64,000 nucleotides of DNA from Octopus sinensis (lineage: Eukaryota): NCBI RefSeq assembly GCF_006345805.1, contig NC_042999.1, positions 88,846,001 to 88,910,000 on the forward strand, given 5' to 3'. The notes under the pieces were generated by a model that worked only from the letters and a program-made list of their open reading frames with translations, was not told the DNA's origin and did no database searches. The translations under genes and the position numbers were made by a program. How positions within the stretch are numbered: position 1 is the stretch's first letter; each line of letters begins with the position of its first letter. Positions 63,778 through 64,000 of this stretch are shown here, one piece after another.

Positions 63778-64000
63778 CATGTTCATATTTGCATTTATGC
63801 ATGTGTGTGTGTTTATGCATATGCATGTATGTGTGTGCAAATGCATGTGGTAACTAGAAGCGCACAAACCTCATAAGGGACATTTTAATTCAGGTAATCA
63901 AATGTACAGATATGCATACATGCACATACATGTGTGTGTGTGTATGTGTGTTTGTATATGTATATGTATGTACGTATGTATATGTGCATGTATGCATATA
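63600..64000. repeat. (TA)/(TG)/(TATG) low-complexity tract
   Basis: Direct observation. Confidence 0.9.

Overview
This is AT-rich, microsatellite-dense eukaryotic DNA, intergenic or intronic. I infer a cephalopod, most likely Octopus, from the SINE/LINE families and repeat load; this is not proven. No host gene is confidently recognisable, and nearly all listed ORFs are simple-repeat artefacts or transposon remnants. Transposon content: a complete non-autonomous Helitron with a PIF1 helicase fragment (700-1544), a decayed Helitron with OTU protease and HUH Rep domains (about 21.6-24.0 kb, minus), a near full-length RTE LINE with APE, RT and C2H2 finger (14.55-18.17 kb, minus), several R4/Dong-type LINE remnants, a Penelope GIY-YIG fragment, Tc1 and mariner remnants, two MITEs and many tRNA-derived SINEs and RTE 3' ends. 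A 12.5-kb satellite of 16-bp units shows nested higher-order periodicity (42.4-54.8 kb). The least expected signal is a family of minimal type I hammerhead ribozyme motifs (CUGAAGA...GAAA, 8-bp palindromic stem III, UA cleavage site). Two copies look intact and show compensatory pairing (5608-5695 and 34333-34401, both minus), others are decayed, and some sit at the apex of long fold-back palindromes.
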